Shown: piece by piece, positions 12,287 to 25,329 of the stretch
Layout: the number at the start of each line of letters is the position of its first letter
Numbering within the stretch: position 1 is the first letter of the stretch
NCBI RefSeq assembly: GCF_018977255.1
Contig: NW_024704746.1
Span: 46,128,001 to 46,192,000, forward strand
Source of the DNA: Callorhinchus milii
Lineage: Eukaryota
Direction: 5' to 3'
DNA length: 64,000 nucleotides
Notes under the pieces: model-generated
Told to the model about the DNA's origin: nothing
Seen by the model: only the letters and a program-made list of their open reading frames with translations
The model's database searches: none
Translations under genes and position numbers: made by a program

Positions 12287-15200
12287 CTGTGGAAAGAAAG
12301 ACTGTGGTTTTAGATACAAATACATCCTGCTTACCAACTGAATATATTGCAATACACCTCCTCTACTCCATGAGCTTAGGTGAAAAAGTACCAGGAAAAG
12401 AAAACCCAAAAACTTCAAAGAAGAAAATTACAAAAGGAACATGTACATTAATCACCAAAAAAGAAAGCCGCAGAAAGAAAAGAATAAAGATGGCATTACG
12501 GCTGGAAGAATGAGGCATGAATCACGCCTAGGTGGGTGCAGGTCAAGAGAATTAACTTTGGCTCTTTCATACCAAGGAAGTAATAGATTGGTTCTGCAAG
12601 AATGATTTTTAAGTTCTCCAAATCCAAAGAATTGTTAGATTTCACAAACCATAATCAAAACAATTCCTTTGTAAGTCACTTGTGCAAACCAATCTTTATG
12701 GTAGATTTGGTATAATTTATTAGAAACTGTACTTTTCTGGATGTTAAATGAATAATGCCAGCCTTGGTTTTTTCCTCCTCATCTCGTTTCTAACATTAGG
12801 AAGCACATGAACTGGCAATCAACCTCAACTGAGAGTTCATGAGAAAGCACCTAAATACTGAATTTAATTTCATTTTATTCAATAATTAAGGTGCCGTTGG
12901 GGGAGGGGGGAGGGGTGACAGACAATAGCAAGATAAAAGTAGGAAAGAGGAGAATGCTCAACATGATCAAGGAAAGGCCTGCAAGAATAAAACACTCTAA
13001 ATTGGAAAAGCCAGAAAGTATACAGAATTAAAAATAAAAAAAATTGCCCTGCTTCGATTTTTATGACTTCCAAATTGAATAGGTAACTCCCATTTTTGCA
13101 GGTGTGGCCTTTGTTGTAAACGAGTTCTCTGAAGCCTGCAGTATATCATGGGCCAAATGACCAACTAACACCTGGATCGCATTCATGAGCTCACAGAAAC
13201 GGCCAGCAGGAACTCAGGAGCGTAGAAGAACAGGTGTGTGCTCGAGCTTCTGCCAAGAGATGTCAAAGTGAATGATGTCAGAAATTATGACATCAAGGAA
13301 CTAGTATGGGAGGGAGGCAGTAACTGGATACAGTAATGCACAAAGCACGACTGCAAGCAGACACTGCAGAATCAATCTGACAGAGCCAAATTACAAAAGG
13401 GATGCCAAGATGGATGTCATTGGGAAACTTGACATGTAGCTTCAGGTCTCAAACCTGTATTGAGGCAGGTCGCAAACCATCTTAGAATTGTGTAAAATTT
13501 ATGGCCAACTTAGAAAATATTTTTTATCATGGCGCCATCAGCTCCAGGCATCTTTCCTCAATTCTGAAAAGCAAAATCAACTGAAAATGTGAAAACATGA
13601 TGCTTAAAGGGGAAGGAAATCAGGAGAAGGGGAGTATTTTCTTGTACAATTAAATACTCAATTCATTATTTAGATGAGCAAGCTGGGGGTATTCAGCAAG
13701 GCACTATGTGAAGTCACACCTCAATGCCCAAGCCTTTCTACAAGCGCAGAATTAACTGTAAAACGACAACTCCAATCTGGAGCTGAATTGATGATGAACT
13801 GAAATGAGAGGATTATTTTTTAGCGCAATATCCTGGAGTTAATGATCGCTGTGAAGTGCATTTACCGACAACGTGATAAGGCACTGTATCAAATACAAGG
13901 ATTATTATCATTATTATTAGCATGACTCAAGGCAACTGAAGAGCTTTATCCCCAAACATTTCTATTTGCAGACCTTTTGCTGAAATTAATATTTTTAGTT
14001 TGTAAACTCTTGACCACAAAGCTCTTGGAGTTAGCTTTTACCACTCACTTCCGCTGTAGTTTAGTGCCAAAAGGATTCAGGCAGAATTCTATTTAAATCC
14101 TGGACTACAAGTCATTACTCAAGATGGTTTGGGTTAATATGACGGGTGGCTATCAATTCCTATTCTAAGGAATTTAATAAGAGTGTGATTCATTCATTTG
14201 CCCAATCTAACAGGACTATTATTTACATTAATGGTAATACTGCACCATACCATATGGACAATGGGGGGTGGGAGGGCAATGACAAGAGAAAGGTGAAAGG
14301 CAAACAACTGCCCATAAAGATAAGGGATATCTGAGTAAAATACAATCATTATCACACCCAGAAACAGCGTCAAATACTTCAGGTCAGGAGGAGCATGGGT
14401 TACACGCAAGCAAAACAGTTCCCTTTGCTCAGCCTCAATACACATTATCTGCAACCTCTGCTGTCGTCTTTCCATTACCCACACAAACTAACTTTGTAAC
14501 CTGACTAAATCCAACAGATTCCAGCTTCAAATAATGCTAATTTGCATGCATAAAACAGCCACTCAGAGACTGCAGTAAATTAATTTCATTATGACCGTCA
14601 GAGACTATGATACCCATTGGCTGGGTTGGATTTTAACAGGGGTTGAATCTGAATTTGAAATCAGATCTGAAAAGGTAAAGGCCAATGCGCCACCCAGTGA
14701 CCCAAAGTAGAATATAAAACATTGGTTGCAAAGTAGAATAAATTATCCAGATCACCTTACGCTACATAAAAGAATCACCTGCAAAGAAAATCTGACAGTG
14801 AAAAGATTACAAATAAGTCTGTGAAAATGAAATGTGCCCCAATAAAGATAAGCCATTAACAGGTAGGTTAACATTCCAACCTGTCAAAGAATTTACCTTG
14901 AATTTATATAAAGATGGAGGTTATGCAACATGAAACATTTAATAATAATCCTTGTATTTGATACGGCGCCCAGAATATTGAAACCTTAAACGTGCTTATA
15001 GTAATTACTATTAAGGTAGTGAATGTATTTCTTGGAAATGAAACTGCCAATTTGCATCCAGCAATTTCCCACAAAGTCAGGAGGTGAAACAACAACAACA
15101 AAATTACATTTATAGAGCGCCTTTCACATCGGGAGGATATCCCAAGGCGCTGAAACACCAATTTAATTTCCCAAGGCGCTGAAACACCGATTTAACTGGA

Positions 15201-15559
15201 AGATTGTTGGTCAGGACATTGAGAGCAACTTATTTTTCTTTTCAAACGATCCTTATTGGGGGAAAGATAAGCAGGAAAGATAAGTCTCCTTGGAACTGAT
15301 TGAGGTGAGGTGCTTGGCCACAGAATGTTGGAAAAAAGCCAAAAAGAGTACCTCCAGGGAGAGAATTCGCATTTCATTTCAGACACAGGGAAATTTCCAT
15401 GTGTAGGTGTCATACATTTGTGGAACTCTCAATCTGGTTTGGATACTCTTGAGTTTAGTGATGGGCGTGTCACAGGCTGACCCAAATTTTTTGGGGGGGT
15501 TCTTTTGACATTCACCTCATCAGGCAGACAGGACCTGAGTTTATTGCTTCACTAAAGGA

Positions 15560-15935
15560 TAATAATAATCCTTGCATTTGATACAGCACCATGTCATGTC
15601 TTCGCGATGTCTCAAAGAACTTCACAGAATATATTGGAAAATGAATTGACTGTGTATTTTGTGGTGGAAACACAGCAGCCAATTGCATACAAACAGTCAT
15701 GGATTGGGTGACCAAATTATTGTTTTTTATTTATTTACCGTTGAAAGGATTATTACTCCAGGAAAAGCAATCCATCAATCAACTAACAACCAGGTTCCTA
15801 CTTACTGCTAGATAAACAGAGGCATGTGGAGTAAGGAAACTTGCCTAACGTTTTGCTCTGCCTGGGATTGAATCTCTCGCTAGGTCCTCTCGCTTGCGAA
15901 GCGAGAGTTCTAACCAACCAAGCTACAGGACTCCA
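15560..15935 (-). mobile_element. SINE family A
   Basis: Reverse-complement full-length copy. Confidence 0.85.
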
Positions 15936-16961
15936 CAAACACACAATGGCATTTCTGACAATGCAGCTCACCGAAAAAACCTCACTGGGTAGTCAGCCTA
16001 TATGGTGAGTTTAAAGGTCCCAATGAGGGGCTCGGCCCATAGGTGAGGGTGCTACCAACTGAACCAAACTGACACTCCTTAAGACAAAACCAAGCATTGT
16101 AAATTGTGCTCATAATGCTCCAAGATAACAGCCCAACCTATGCTGACAATATACAATGCATTATATTAAACACAAGGATTATTTTTAAATGAATTCTTGA
16201 GGGAAATTAATATTTAATTTTTGACTAAATACTAATATTAACTCATTCTAAAATTTTCTGTGCAAAAAAAACTCCCTTATAGCATATGAATCTTTCAATT
16301 CCTGTACTCTCCATAACATCTGTTAAATCTCCTCTAAAATTTAATAAATCCCTTATGTATTATAAGACGTATTTATACACCACAACTATTTTTTTTCTCA
16401 GACATGTTTCTCTATGTAAAAACTTTAAATGTTCTTTTTGGAAATAGACATCCAGTCAAATTCAAACTAAAGGCTAAGTGGTTGAACACTTTCAAAACTA
16501 TATTTAGATCCTGATAATGTTTCTACTTGTGATTATAATTTACATTTTTATACTGTTATTGAGGTGTTGTTAATGTCAAATGCAGGGTTAATTGATTATT
16601 TTATTGTTACATGTACATTAAATGTCACCAGGCAACAAACAAAAAGGAAACTAAAGCACAGAATTTCCCCCCAAAATATTTTCAACTGAACAGCAAATAT
16701 CAGCACAAATTTTAAATTAAGGCAGTTCAGTTTGTAGATCAATTTGCTGCTCGATGCAAAAAGTATAAAATGCCCTCAGTTTGATGAGCAAAAGCAAAAA
16801 TGAAGTGACAAGACTATTTTCCAAGTCAACACTAAAAATGGCTACTGCACCAAAGTTTTACAAAAAGGTCTGTGAAAATATGAAGTACACCCTATGTTTG
16901 TCTTAATAAATAACATCAAATAATTAGCCATTTCAGTAAGATGATTTACGATGAAACTTAC

Positions 16962-17058
16962 AGGAACATATCTGGAAATGCATTTTTCCAAATAACACCC
17001 TGAGATTCTTCATTCCCAGTGGCAAGATTTCCAAGGAACTGAAGACCACATCGAAATG
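16962..17058 (-). CDS. ATXN10: ATXN10 exon 4 (AFRCGLQFLGNLATGNEESQGVIWKNAFPDMFL)
   Basis: Acceptor ttttgtgcag, donor gtaagt; 97 nt; FRCGLQFLGN motif. Not present in the ORF track. Confidence 0.96.
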
Positions 17059-17719
17059 CTGCACAAAACAAAGAAATTAACATTTTCAGAAGCCATGAAA
17101 TGTATCTCTCAATATTACCAATGATTGTAGGAAGACATACAGATCAGAAGGCTGCAGGTTTAATTATCAGTCTATACTGTTAACTGATCAAAATACAATA
17201 CAAAATTACATCTGTATAGCGCCTTTCACGTCGGAAGGACGTCCCAAAATCACAATAGGTGACCTCAGGACTGCTGTTGGAGAGAGGGTGAGGCAAGGAA
17301 TAAAGAGAAATCAGCTAGAGGTTCCTGCTTTTGATTGCTAACAAGTGACTTCTGCAGGGATAAGGGATGGGTCAGATTCGGATTTGTATTTCTGGCGATA
17401 GTTTGAATGTCACCCTTTCCATGAAAAACCTGTGTGTGAGTGATATACATATGTGGATTTTTTNCTTCTGTCAGACATGCATAGAGATGATTTTCTGCCA
17501 GTGTCAGTGAATTTCTTCCAGTGTGCCAATAAACTTCCAGATTATTTGGTCTTTCACCGCCTGGCTGTTTGAGTTTCACTGTTGTGGACAAATTTGCCTA
17601 CAAATGGAGTCATAATACTTAGAAGGAATCCGAGTCATACCACGTTATAATGTTAGATCAAATACAAGGGTTATTATTGTAATAAGTCAGTTTGCAATGA
17701 GCCAGGTTTGTTTTATTGC

Positions 17720-18330
17720 AGAGCAACTATTAACTTCCATATGACTTTTCTCCTTGGCGGAAGAGGTAATCAGGGTCTCCTTGGAGCTGAACTGGTCCAA
17801 GGTGACATGTTTGGCAACGGAATATCGGAATTAAGCCAGCGCTCTGTGGCGGTCTCGGTATTCCGGTTCCTGAGCCAGGAGGGTCCACAGTATTCCAGGG
17901 CACTGTTGATGACAGCACAGCCAACCTGATTCGTCAGCAGGAATTGGAAGGGCAGACTAGGGAGTCCTCCCACTCAGCTTCTGTTAACCTGCAAGCCAAA
18001 GCCCTAACGGGCAGGCTAATCCTATCTGAATAAGCAGTGAGAAAGTTTGCCAGACAGTGCTATCAATAGCAAGCTGTGCAGTTTTAGCTGATTAGCAGTA
18101 CGCCAACAAACACTCTGGGGTCCCCAAACCTAAGCTCTTGCCAAACTGCACTTAATACTTTCCAGAATTAGGTGAGCAGGAAGCGTCCCTCCAGGGAGAG
18201 AGAGCACATTCCATTCCAACAATCTATCTCTGGAATTTCCATGTGTAGGTGGGATGTTTGGAACGCTCAGCTCGGTTTGGACACTCTTAAGCATAGTGAT
18301 GGGTTTCCGCAAGTGTCAGACACCCGGCTG
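17720..18330 (+). repeat. Unclassified interspersed repeat (~600 bp)
   Basis: Similar segments at 24250-24618(+), 15340-15480(+), 50575-50870(-), 33050-33205(-) and 52695-52740(-). Confidence 0.7.
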
Positions 18331-18485
18331 ACAAATAAATAAACAAATCTATAGGTTCTGGCACTCCCGGAACCCTTCAGATTTATTTAAATGTGAGGCT
18401 GACAATCCATGGCTGTGCTGGGACACTGCTGTGCGCAATTGGCTGCCGCGTTTCGCCCACAAAATATAGTCAATTAATTTTACAG

Positions 18486-18752
18486 CTCGACTGGCTCCAG
18501 CCTTCTATACGTCCCTTGTGCCCTCCATTCCACCATTGGTGGCCATACTTTCAGCCACTGTGCCCCAAAACTCAGGAACACCCCTCCTTTATCCCTCTGC
18601 CTTGCCCCTTCCTTCCCCATTTTCAGGTTGCGCCTAAAGAACCTTCCTGTTTGACCGTGCCTACGGTCACCTCCCCCTCCTCCGGCTCGGAGTCGTGCTC
18701 CGCCACTGTCGAGCGCATTGGGACGCTACCCTGTGTGAAGTTGTTGTTGTTG
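18486..18752 (+). mobile_element. L2 3' tail inserted inside a SINE
   Basis: TACAG duplicated at 18481-18485 and 18753-18757; the SINE consensus resumes after the insertion. Confidence 0.8.
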
Positions 18753-19002
18753 TACAGTATATTCTATGAAGTGCTTTGAAACATCTAGAAGACGTGATGA
18801 GGCACTAGTATCAAATGCAAGGATTATTATTAGTGACAGAGAATGCGAGCGTAATAATAAAATAATTTTTACATTTCATATAGCGCCTCTCACTTCAATA
18901 AAATACTCAAAGTGCTTTAAAGGATATGCTGTAAAGTGTAGTGACTTTGTTTTGGTGAGATCGGTAGCCAATTTGTGCACAGTAATGTCCCACAAACAGC
19001 CA

Positions 19003-19351
19003 TAATAATAGTAATCCTTGCATTTGATATCGTGCCTTATCACATCTTCGAGACGTCTCACAGCACTTCACACAAAATACAAAATACTGTAAAGTGAATT
19101 GACAGCAGCCAATTGCGCACAGCAGTGTCCCACAGTGTCGTGGGTTGAAGTGACCAATTTTGTTTTTGAAGGAATTGTTATCCCCGGAAAAGCGATCCAC
19201 TAATCTACTAACAACTGTGTTCCTACTTACTGCTAGGTAAACAGAGGCGTGTGGAGTAAGGAAACTTGCCCAACATTTCGCTCTGCCGGGAATTGAATTC
19301 AGGTCTCTCGCTTGCGAGGCGAGTGCTCTAACCACTGAGCTACAGGACTCC
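19003..19351 (-). mobile_element. SINE family A
   Basis: Reverse-complement full-length copy, tail-to-tail with the copy ending near 18830. Confidence 0.88.
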
Positions 19352-21240
19352 ATGAAGCCATGACTCACAGAACCACCAATTTTATATTTGGCAGAATACT
19401 GAGAGAAACTTTCTTCTCTTTTCAAATAATGCCATGGGATCTTTATCATCCACCAAAACAGGCAGACGGAACCTCGGTTCAACATCTTATGTGAAGGGCG
19501 GCACTCCAACAATGCAACACACCCACAGCACAGCACGGGAGTATCAGCATAGATTATGAGTTCAACGTCCTTGCGTGGTCTTGAACCCTCAACCTTCTGA
19601 CTCTTGAGACGAGAGTGCTAACAAATAAGCCAGGCTGACACACAATCACATATTATTACTAGAGCATTAACTTGATTTAACTTAGCTTTCATCAATATTG
19701 TGACTGCATTTGTTTAATTGGGGTCTGTGAAGCAGGTATGTCAATTCGGACATAAGTGTATTTTGCACCAACTGCACTTATTTAATTAATTAAAATTAAT
19801 CAAAAGCAATAGATATTAATTGGATAATCAATCAATAATTTTCCATTGCCAGTAAATTACATAATTTAAGTGTACAAATAATTCCCTCCATATGCATGTT
19901 TATACAAATCCCAATAATAGACCCCAATAATTTTCAATACAACTTGTATTCAAAAACCTTGACTTCTTCCCCACCATGAATCATATGCTAAATACTACTG
20001 CAAATGTTTTGCTTGGACTGAGATCTGTCTAGACGTACGTACCACTGGAAACCATAGGGAACAGCTGTGGAATAAAAGCTAAACTGTCTCTTGTATTTTA
20101 AAAAAACTACAGTAAATGAAAATAATTATAGTTTTTAGAGTTCAAGTAATTTTAGTGCACTTGTTATTGCTTTAAGATTGCTCCACTTCCAATGACTAAA
20201 CCTAAAACATGTGGTGAATTTCTACTGATCAGCTGAGTACAAATCCTTGTCGTAAAACCACCCCTATAACAAGACCACTTAACCTCAATCCAATAACTAC
20301 TGTATCTCAGAACAAAAAAGATTTGATGTGGACAAGAGAGAGATGCTTATCGTGCATTTGTAGATAGTTTGGCAGATTCTAGCCAATCTTGTTCGGTGAC
20401 CCTATGACACAAATTCCTTATTGAATCCCTCTTTCCAAAATTGTTCTGCTTTTTGTCGAAATCTGTAGAGAATCAAAGTTATTAGGGAAGCTGTGAACAG
20501 TGAAATGGAGACCTTACCTTGGGCAACAGTTTTAGGCAAGTGTCTTGGACTTTTGCCAGGTCAGCTTGGGCTGGTCAGCAAAACCACACAAACCATTTAT
20601 TTGACTTAAATTTTTCATTTAAATGGTGCTATTACACTTGGGATAAAACGCAAGACATTTTATGCATGGGAAAAAAACAAATATCTTCATTTCTTCTGTT
20701 GTTTACACAAATTAATTTATTACCTTCTGTGGTGAAAGCTCAGAAAAGTTTTCTTTATCACAATGATTCTGTGAATTAATATAATATCTCAGAAGCTATT
20801 TTGGTTTGTTCAGAAAGTTACCATTTGGGGATACTACTTCCATGCACCCCCAACTGTCCATGGAGTTCCTCTAGCAGAACAACTGCTCAAGTGGTTGTGC
20901 TCTTTTTTTTTCAAAAACAGATATTGCTTTCTCTCACACCAGGTATTGTTAATTCTCACATCCTTGCAAGATGTTCAGCTGAATGGGAAGTGAAGTTTTG
21001 TCAACACCATGATCGATTGGATCAATTGTGCCATGTACTCAGTTGCCATATACAGGGAGTAAGAGTGAGACCCTCTTCATTTGACACAACCTCATCGATG
21101 GCTTGAAGATTTAGGTCTGTAATAATAAAGCAGCCCACACCACTCACAGTTCAAGGTGAATCTATTTACTTGCAACAGATAACTGTGCATCATTGTAACT
21201 GTAGATGGACAGCTCAACTGACCATTTGTTTATTGTAAAC

Positions 21241-22185
21241 GACCACCGATGTCCTGACAGCCTGCCTGTCTGACATCGAGTCCTGGACGAGAGACAACTT
21301 GCTTCAATGTGCGTAAAACTGAGGCCCTCCTGATTGGCTCGCGTTAGCGCCTCCGCACCTCAGGCGCTGACAGCATCAGCATCCAAGGCTGCACTCTCCA
21401 CCTCTCAAAGCCAGTCAGGAACCTCGGTGTTCTGTTCGACCCTGAGCTGTCCTTTCTTCCTCATATCCGCGCCACAACTGGCACCGCCTTCCATCACCTC
21501 TGGAACATCGCCAGACTACGGCACTACCTCACCCCTCACGCGGCTGAAACTCTGGTCCACGCCTTTATCACCTCAAGGCTGGACTATGGGAACTCTCTCC
21601 TCGCCGGCCTTCCCGGCACCTCCCTCCACAAGCTGCAGGTCATTCAGAACTCTGCAGCTCGTGTACTGTCCCGCACCAGGCTTCGCGACCACATCACTCC
21701 CACCCTCGCTCGCCTCCACTGGCTCCCCATCCCCCAGAGGATCAAATTCAAGATCCTCATCCTCACCTACAAAGGCCATTCACGGCCTTGATCCCTCCTA
21801 CCTCTCTGACCTACTATCCCCCTACCTACCTGCCCGTAACCTCCATTCCTCTGGCTCCAGTCTGCTCCACATCCCCCGCCCCAACCGCCCTACCATCGGT
21901 GGCCGGGCCTTCAGCCTCTCAGCCCCTAGGCTCTGGAACTCCATCCCCCAGTGCCTTCGCCTTGTTTCCTCCCTTTCCTCCTTCAAGGCCGGTCTCAAGA
22001 CCTTTCTCTTTGACCATGCCTTCAGCTCCCCTCTCGACTCTCTACCCCCTCCTCGCTCCCTCCCTTCCCTCCTCTCACCATGACCATTTCCCCCCTGCTC
22101 GGGTCCTGACCCAACTGTACAGCGCCTTGGGACGTCCTCCCGACGTGAAAGGCGCTCTATAAATGGAATCTTGTTGTTGTTGTTT
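21241..22185 (+). mobile_element. 5'-truncated L2 LINE (ORF2 C-terminus plus 3' tail)
   Basis: Encodes VRNLGVLFD..LSF..HI, SRLDYGNSLL, LHWLPI..RIKFK and GGRAFS..APRLWN motifs; tail ends in (TTG)n; flanked by TTGTAAAC at 21233-21240 and 22186-22193. Confidence 0.9.
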
Positions 22186-22539
22186 TTGTAAACAACAGAC
22201 ATTCCAAAAGATTCTATTTCATCAAATTACTGATTTATATTTTGGTCAACCAAGGTTGGTCAACTCTCGACAGAAGGCTCCGGACATCTTACTCCCTGTA
22301 CAGGGTTAGGCTTGCAAAGGACAATATACAAACAGATAACGTGTCCTCGTGTCTCAGTGTTCTGTCCCATAGTCAAACCCCCGGTGAATCAACTCTGTAT
22401 TGTCAGAGATGCCATTCTTTGGATGATACGTTAAACCGAGTTCTCGTCTGCCTGTGCAGGTGGACGTTAAAGCATCTGGATTGTAGAATACATTATCAGC
22501 TTCACTTATATCACCTACACTAGACATGTAGTTAATGTT

Positions 22540-22990
22540 CCGTTTTTCACAGATTGCAAGATTGGTTTGGATGAAGAAGGCCCTTCTGCCCATTTGATCT
22601 CATCCTTCTGGAAATCCCACCCAACCATCCTCCCACCAACTCATCAAGTTTTTTTTGTGAATGTATCCAGTTGGCCTGTTCTCAACCATCCTTCCTAGTA
22701 ATCTGTTCCAGTCATTATTAACCCTCTGGGTTGAGAAATACATCCTGATGTCTGTCCGGATCTTGCCCTTTGCAGGCTTAACCCTGTGTCCTTATGTCTC
22801 ATTGCACCCTAACGTATTGTTCTGAATTTACTTTCTCAATCCATTTAAACTCTTATATACCTCTCTGAGACACCTCTTTTTTAAGACTGAAGAGCCCCAG
22901 CTTATCTAATTGATCCTCACAGCTTATTTCTCAAACACCGAAGATGATCTTTGTTCCTCTCTTCTGTTCTGCCTCTAGGGCCTAGGCACG
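22540..22990 (-). mobile_element. Degenerate CR1 3' fragment
   Basis: Reverse strand resembles CR1 C-terminal sequence (LGLFSL.KR, TRGH..L, RTDIR.YFS.RV). Confidence 0.6.
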
Positions 22991-23493
22991 ACACAATTGG
23001 AGAATAACTTTTGACACTGAACTCAACTGATTTGCCAATACAGCGCAGCATCCTATGTCCTACTCATTGCTGGCTCACACTATTTTGAAATGATGATGTG
23101 TCCAACAATACCCCTCTTTCAGTTTCCTCTTTTTCAAGTGTCCATTCATTGAACACACATCCCTCTTAATCCTACTTCTTCTATGCAGTACCTTGCGTTT
23201 ATCTTTATTTGTATTAGACTTAATTTGACAATCATCAATCCATGATGCATGCCCTGTCAAGCTCTGGTTGTAAGACCTTTGCTGCTTCCTCTGATTCTAC
23301 AGTTCCCACCCAACTTGGTGTCATGCAAATTTAACTCCCTTAAAGAGAAAGGAGTTTCTCCCAGTGTCCTGGCCCACCATTTTCCAGAAAAAAAATTGGT
23401 TACTCACTTCATGGCTGTTTGTGGGACATGAGTGTGTGTAAATTGTATGCCACATATGCCCACAAAACAAACAGTGACTCCGCTTCACAGTAT

Positions 23494-23870
23494 GTGGAGT
23501 CCTGTAGCTTAGTGGTTAGAGCACTCGCCTCGCAAGCGAGAGGATCTGGGTTCGATTCCCGGCAGGGTGAAACGTTGGGCAAGTTTCCTTATTCCCCCGC
23601 CTCTGTTTACCTTGCAGTAAATAGGAACCCGGTTGTTAGTCGATTGGCGGATCATTTTTCCAGGGATAATAATTCCTTCAAAATAAATTTTAAGAATTGG
23701 TCACTCAATCCACAACTGTTTGTGGGATATTGCTATGTGCAATTAGCTGCCGCATTTTGTTCACAAAATATTCAGCCAATTCACTTTAAAGTATATTCTG
23801 CGAAGTGCTTTGAGATGTCTCGAAGACATGATAAGGCACTTTATCAAATGCAAGGATTATTATTATTATA
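23494..23870 (+). mobile_element. Full-length tRNA-derived SINE (family A; Deu-type core, L2-like tail)
   Basis: A box (tagcttagtggttagagc), B box (ggttcgattcc), core tgctatgtgcaattagctgccgc, tail atcaaatgcaaggattattatta. Confidence 0.9.
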
Positions 23871-24977
23871 ACTTGTGAAATGCTTTGGGACATCCTCGCA
23901 ATATGAAAAGTGATATACCAAATGAAAAGGATGAGTAATTTTTATTATTATTACCTTACTGGGTCTGCAAATCTATTTCGTTTTTGCGCATAAAGAACAG
24001 AAGCGGTCACAGTGCAGACCCTGAAGCATTCACTTTCTAATTCCCCACCCTTCATTTTGATGTGCATCCGTTCAATTCAAATTGAGCTAGATTTAATCAG
24101 ATTTTCCATTTTATTGGTTCTCAGTCAATAGCAATGGTTAGTTTGAAAGCAGTCCATGGTTTATTCCTTTTTCTCAGCCCATAGATTTTACTTCAGCAAT
24201 TAATACTCCATATCCCAACTACTTTTCATTGCCGGCAGCAAGGAATCATCCCACTCAGCCCCTATTAATCCTGCAAGCCAAAGCCTAACTGGTGGTGTTG
24301 TCCTAGCTGTACAAGCTGGGGGAAAGCTTGTCAGACAGTGATAACCATGGCAAGCTATGCGGTCTTAACGGATTAAACTCCAGCAGTATCCCAACTCACC
24401 CTCTAGGGTCCTCAAGCCTTGGCTCTTGCCAATCTGCGCCTAAGGATGTCCAGAATTGGGTAAGCAGGATGGGCCCCTCTAGGGAGAGAGAGCACATTCC
24501 ATTACAACAATCTATCTCTGGGGTTTCCATGTGTAGGTGGGATCCATGGAATTCTCAGTTGGGTCACCATACTACTAAGCATAGTGCTGGTTTCTGCATG
24601 TGTCAGACACTCGGCTGATTGAAAAAAATTTGCTTCACAACTGCACTTGCTTATCTCAGCCACAACTGTTGCCGTTGCTGCTCATTTTTCTTTAAAAAAC
24701 CCATCAATTAGAACAGGGTGAATACAGAAAACATTCTGTGCTCTGGTAACTCTGACCGCAGAGCTATCTTTAAAAGCTGGTTATTTCTTAGACCAAACTA
24801 CGCAGATTCATTTGTTTTTCCACTGACCTTTCTGTTCACCCGCAGGATCAAATCCTCCCACCCAGTTACTCCAGCTGAGGACGCCAAATAGTTTAATACT
24901 TAAAAAGCTGAGAAGCTAAACTTAAATTTTGGCTTTTCCCAAACACTAAACCGGGTTTGTTCTCTGCCCTTTCTCAC

Positions 24978-25063
24978 CTGCTGACAAGACATCCTCCTGG
25001 AAACCTTTTAACCGGTGAAGAACCTGGAGAATCTGAGTGGCGAGTTGGACCAGGCCCACATTC
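24978..25063 (-). CDS. ATXN10: ATXN10 exon 3 (NVGLVQLATQILQVLHRLKGFQEDVLSA)
   Basis: Acceptor ttcacggcag, donor gtgaga; 86 nt, phases 2/1 fit both neighbours; aligns by eye with human NLDTIGVAVDLILLFRELRVEQESLLTA. Confidence 0.85.
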
Positions 25064-25329
25064 CTGCCGTGAACAAAATAGAGGAACATGGTTAACATGC
25101 AGAGAAGTGGACAAAGCTTCTCACAGTTCTTTTCTCTGCCAGCACCTTTTCTAGGTTGGTGGCGTGCAACCACATGTGGAAATGGAAGCGAGCCAGACCC
25201 AAGGTAAAATGTTTTCTAATTTCTTGCACCGTCACCTTCACCGCCCAGGGCACAGCTTTGGACCTCCACTCAGTGTCAGGTATGCAGCCTGCACAGCTAG
25301 TGCTGATTTGCTGTTCAGCAGCCTGCATT

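Noticed and set aside
17464-17464. Single N base
   Set aside because: Assembly ambiguity, not a biological feature.
17860-17945. Hammerhead ribozyme (CTGACGA on the minus strand) in the unclassified repeat
   Set aside because: Other copies read CCGATGA or CCAATGA, and no correctly placed GAAA or stem III was found.
18907-19536. 209-aa ORF and similar ORFs containing [16 protein letters not shown]
   Set aside because: Chance open frames through SINE copies; the same peptide recurs at every copy.
20510-20580. Exon-like segment with a strong minus-strand donor (CAAG|gtaagg)
   Set aside because: The peptide does not resemble ATXN10, and exons 3 and 4 already join in frame; no convincing acceptor.
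23494-23570. tRNA genes at SINE heads
   Set aside because: A and B boxes are present but continue into SINE body and tail without an acceptor stem or terminator; these are SINE heads.
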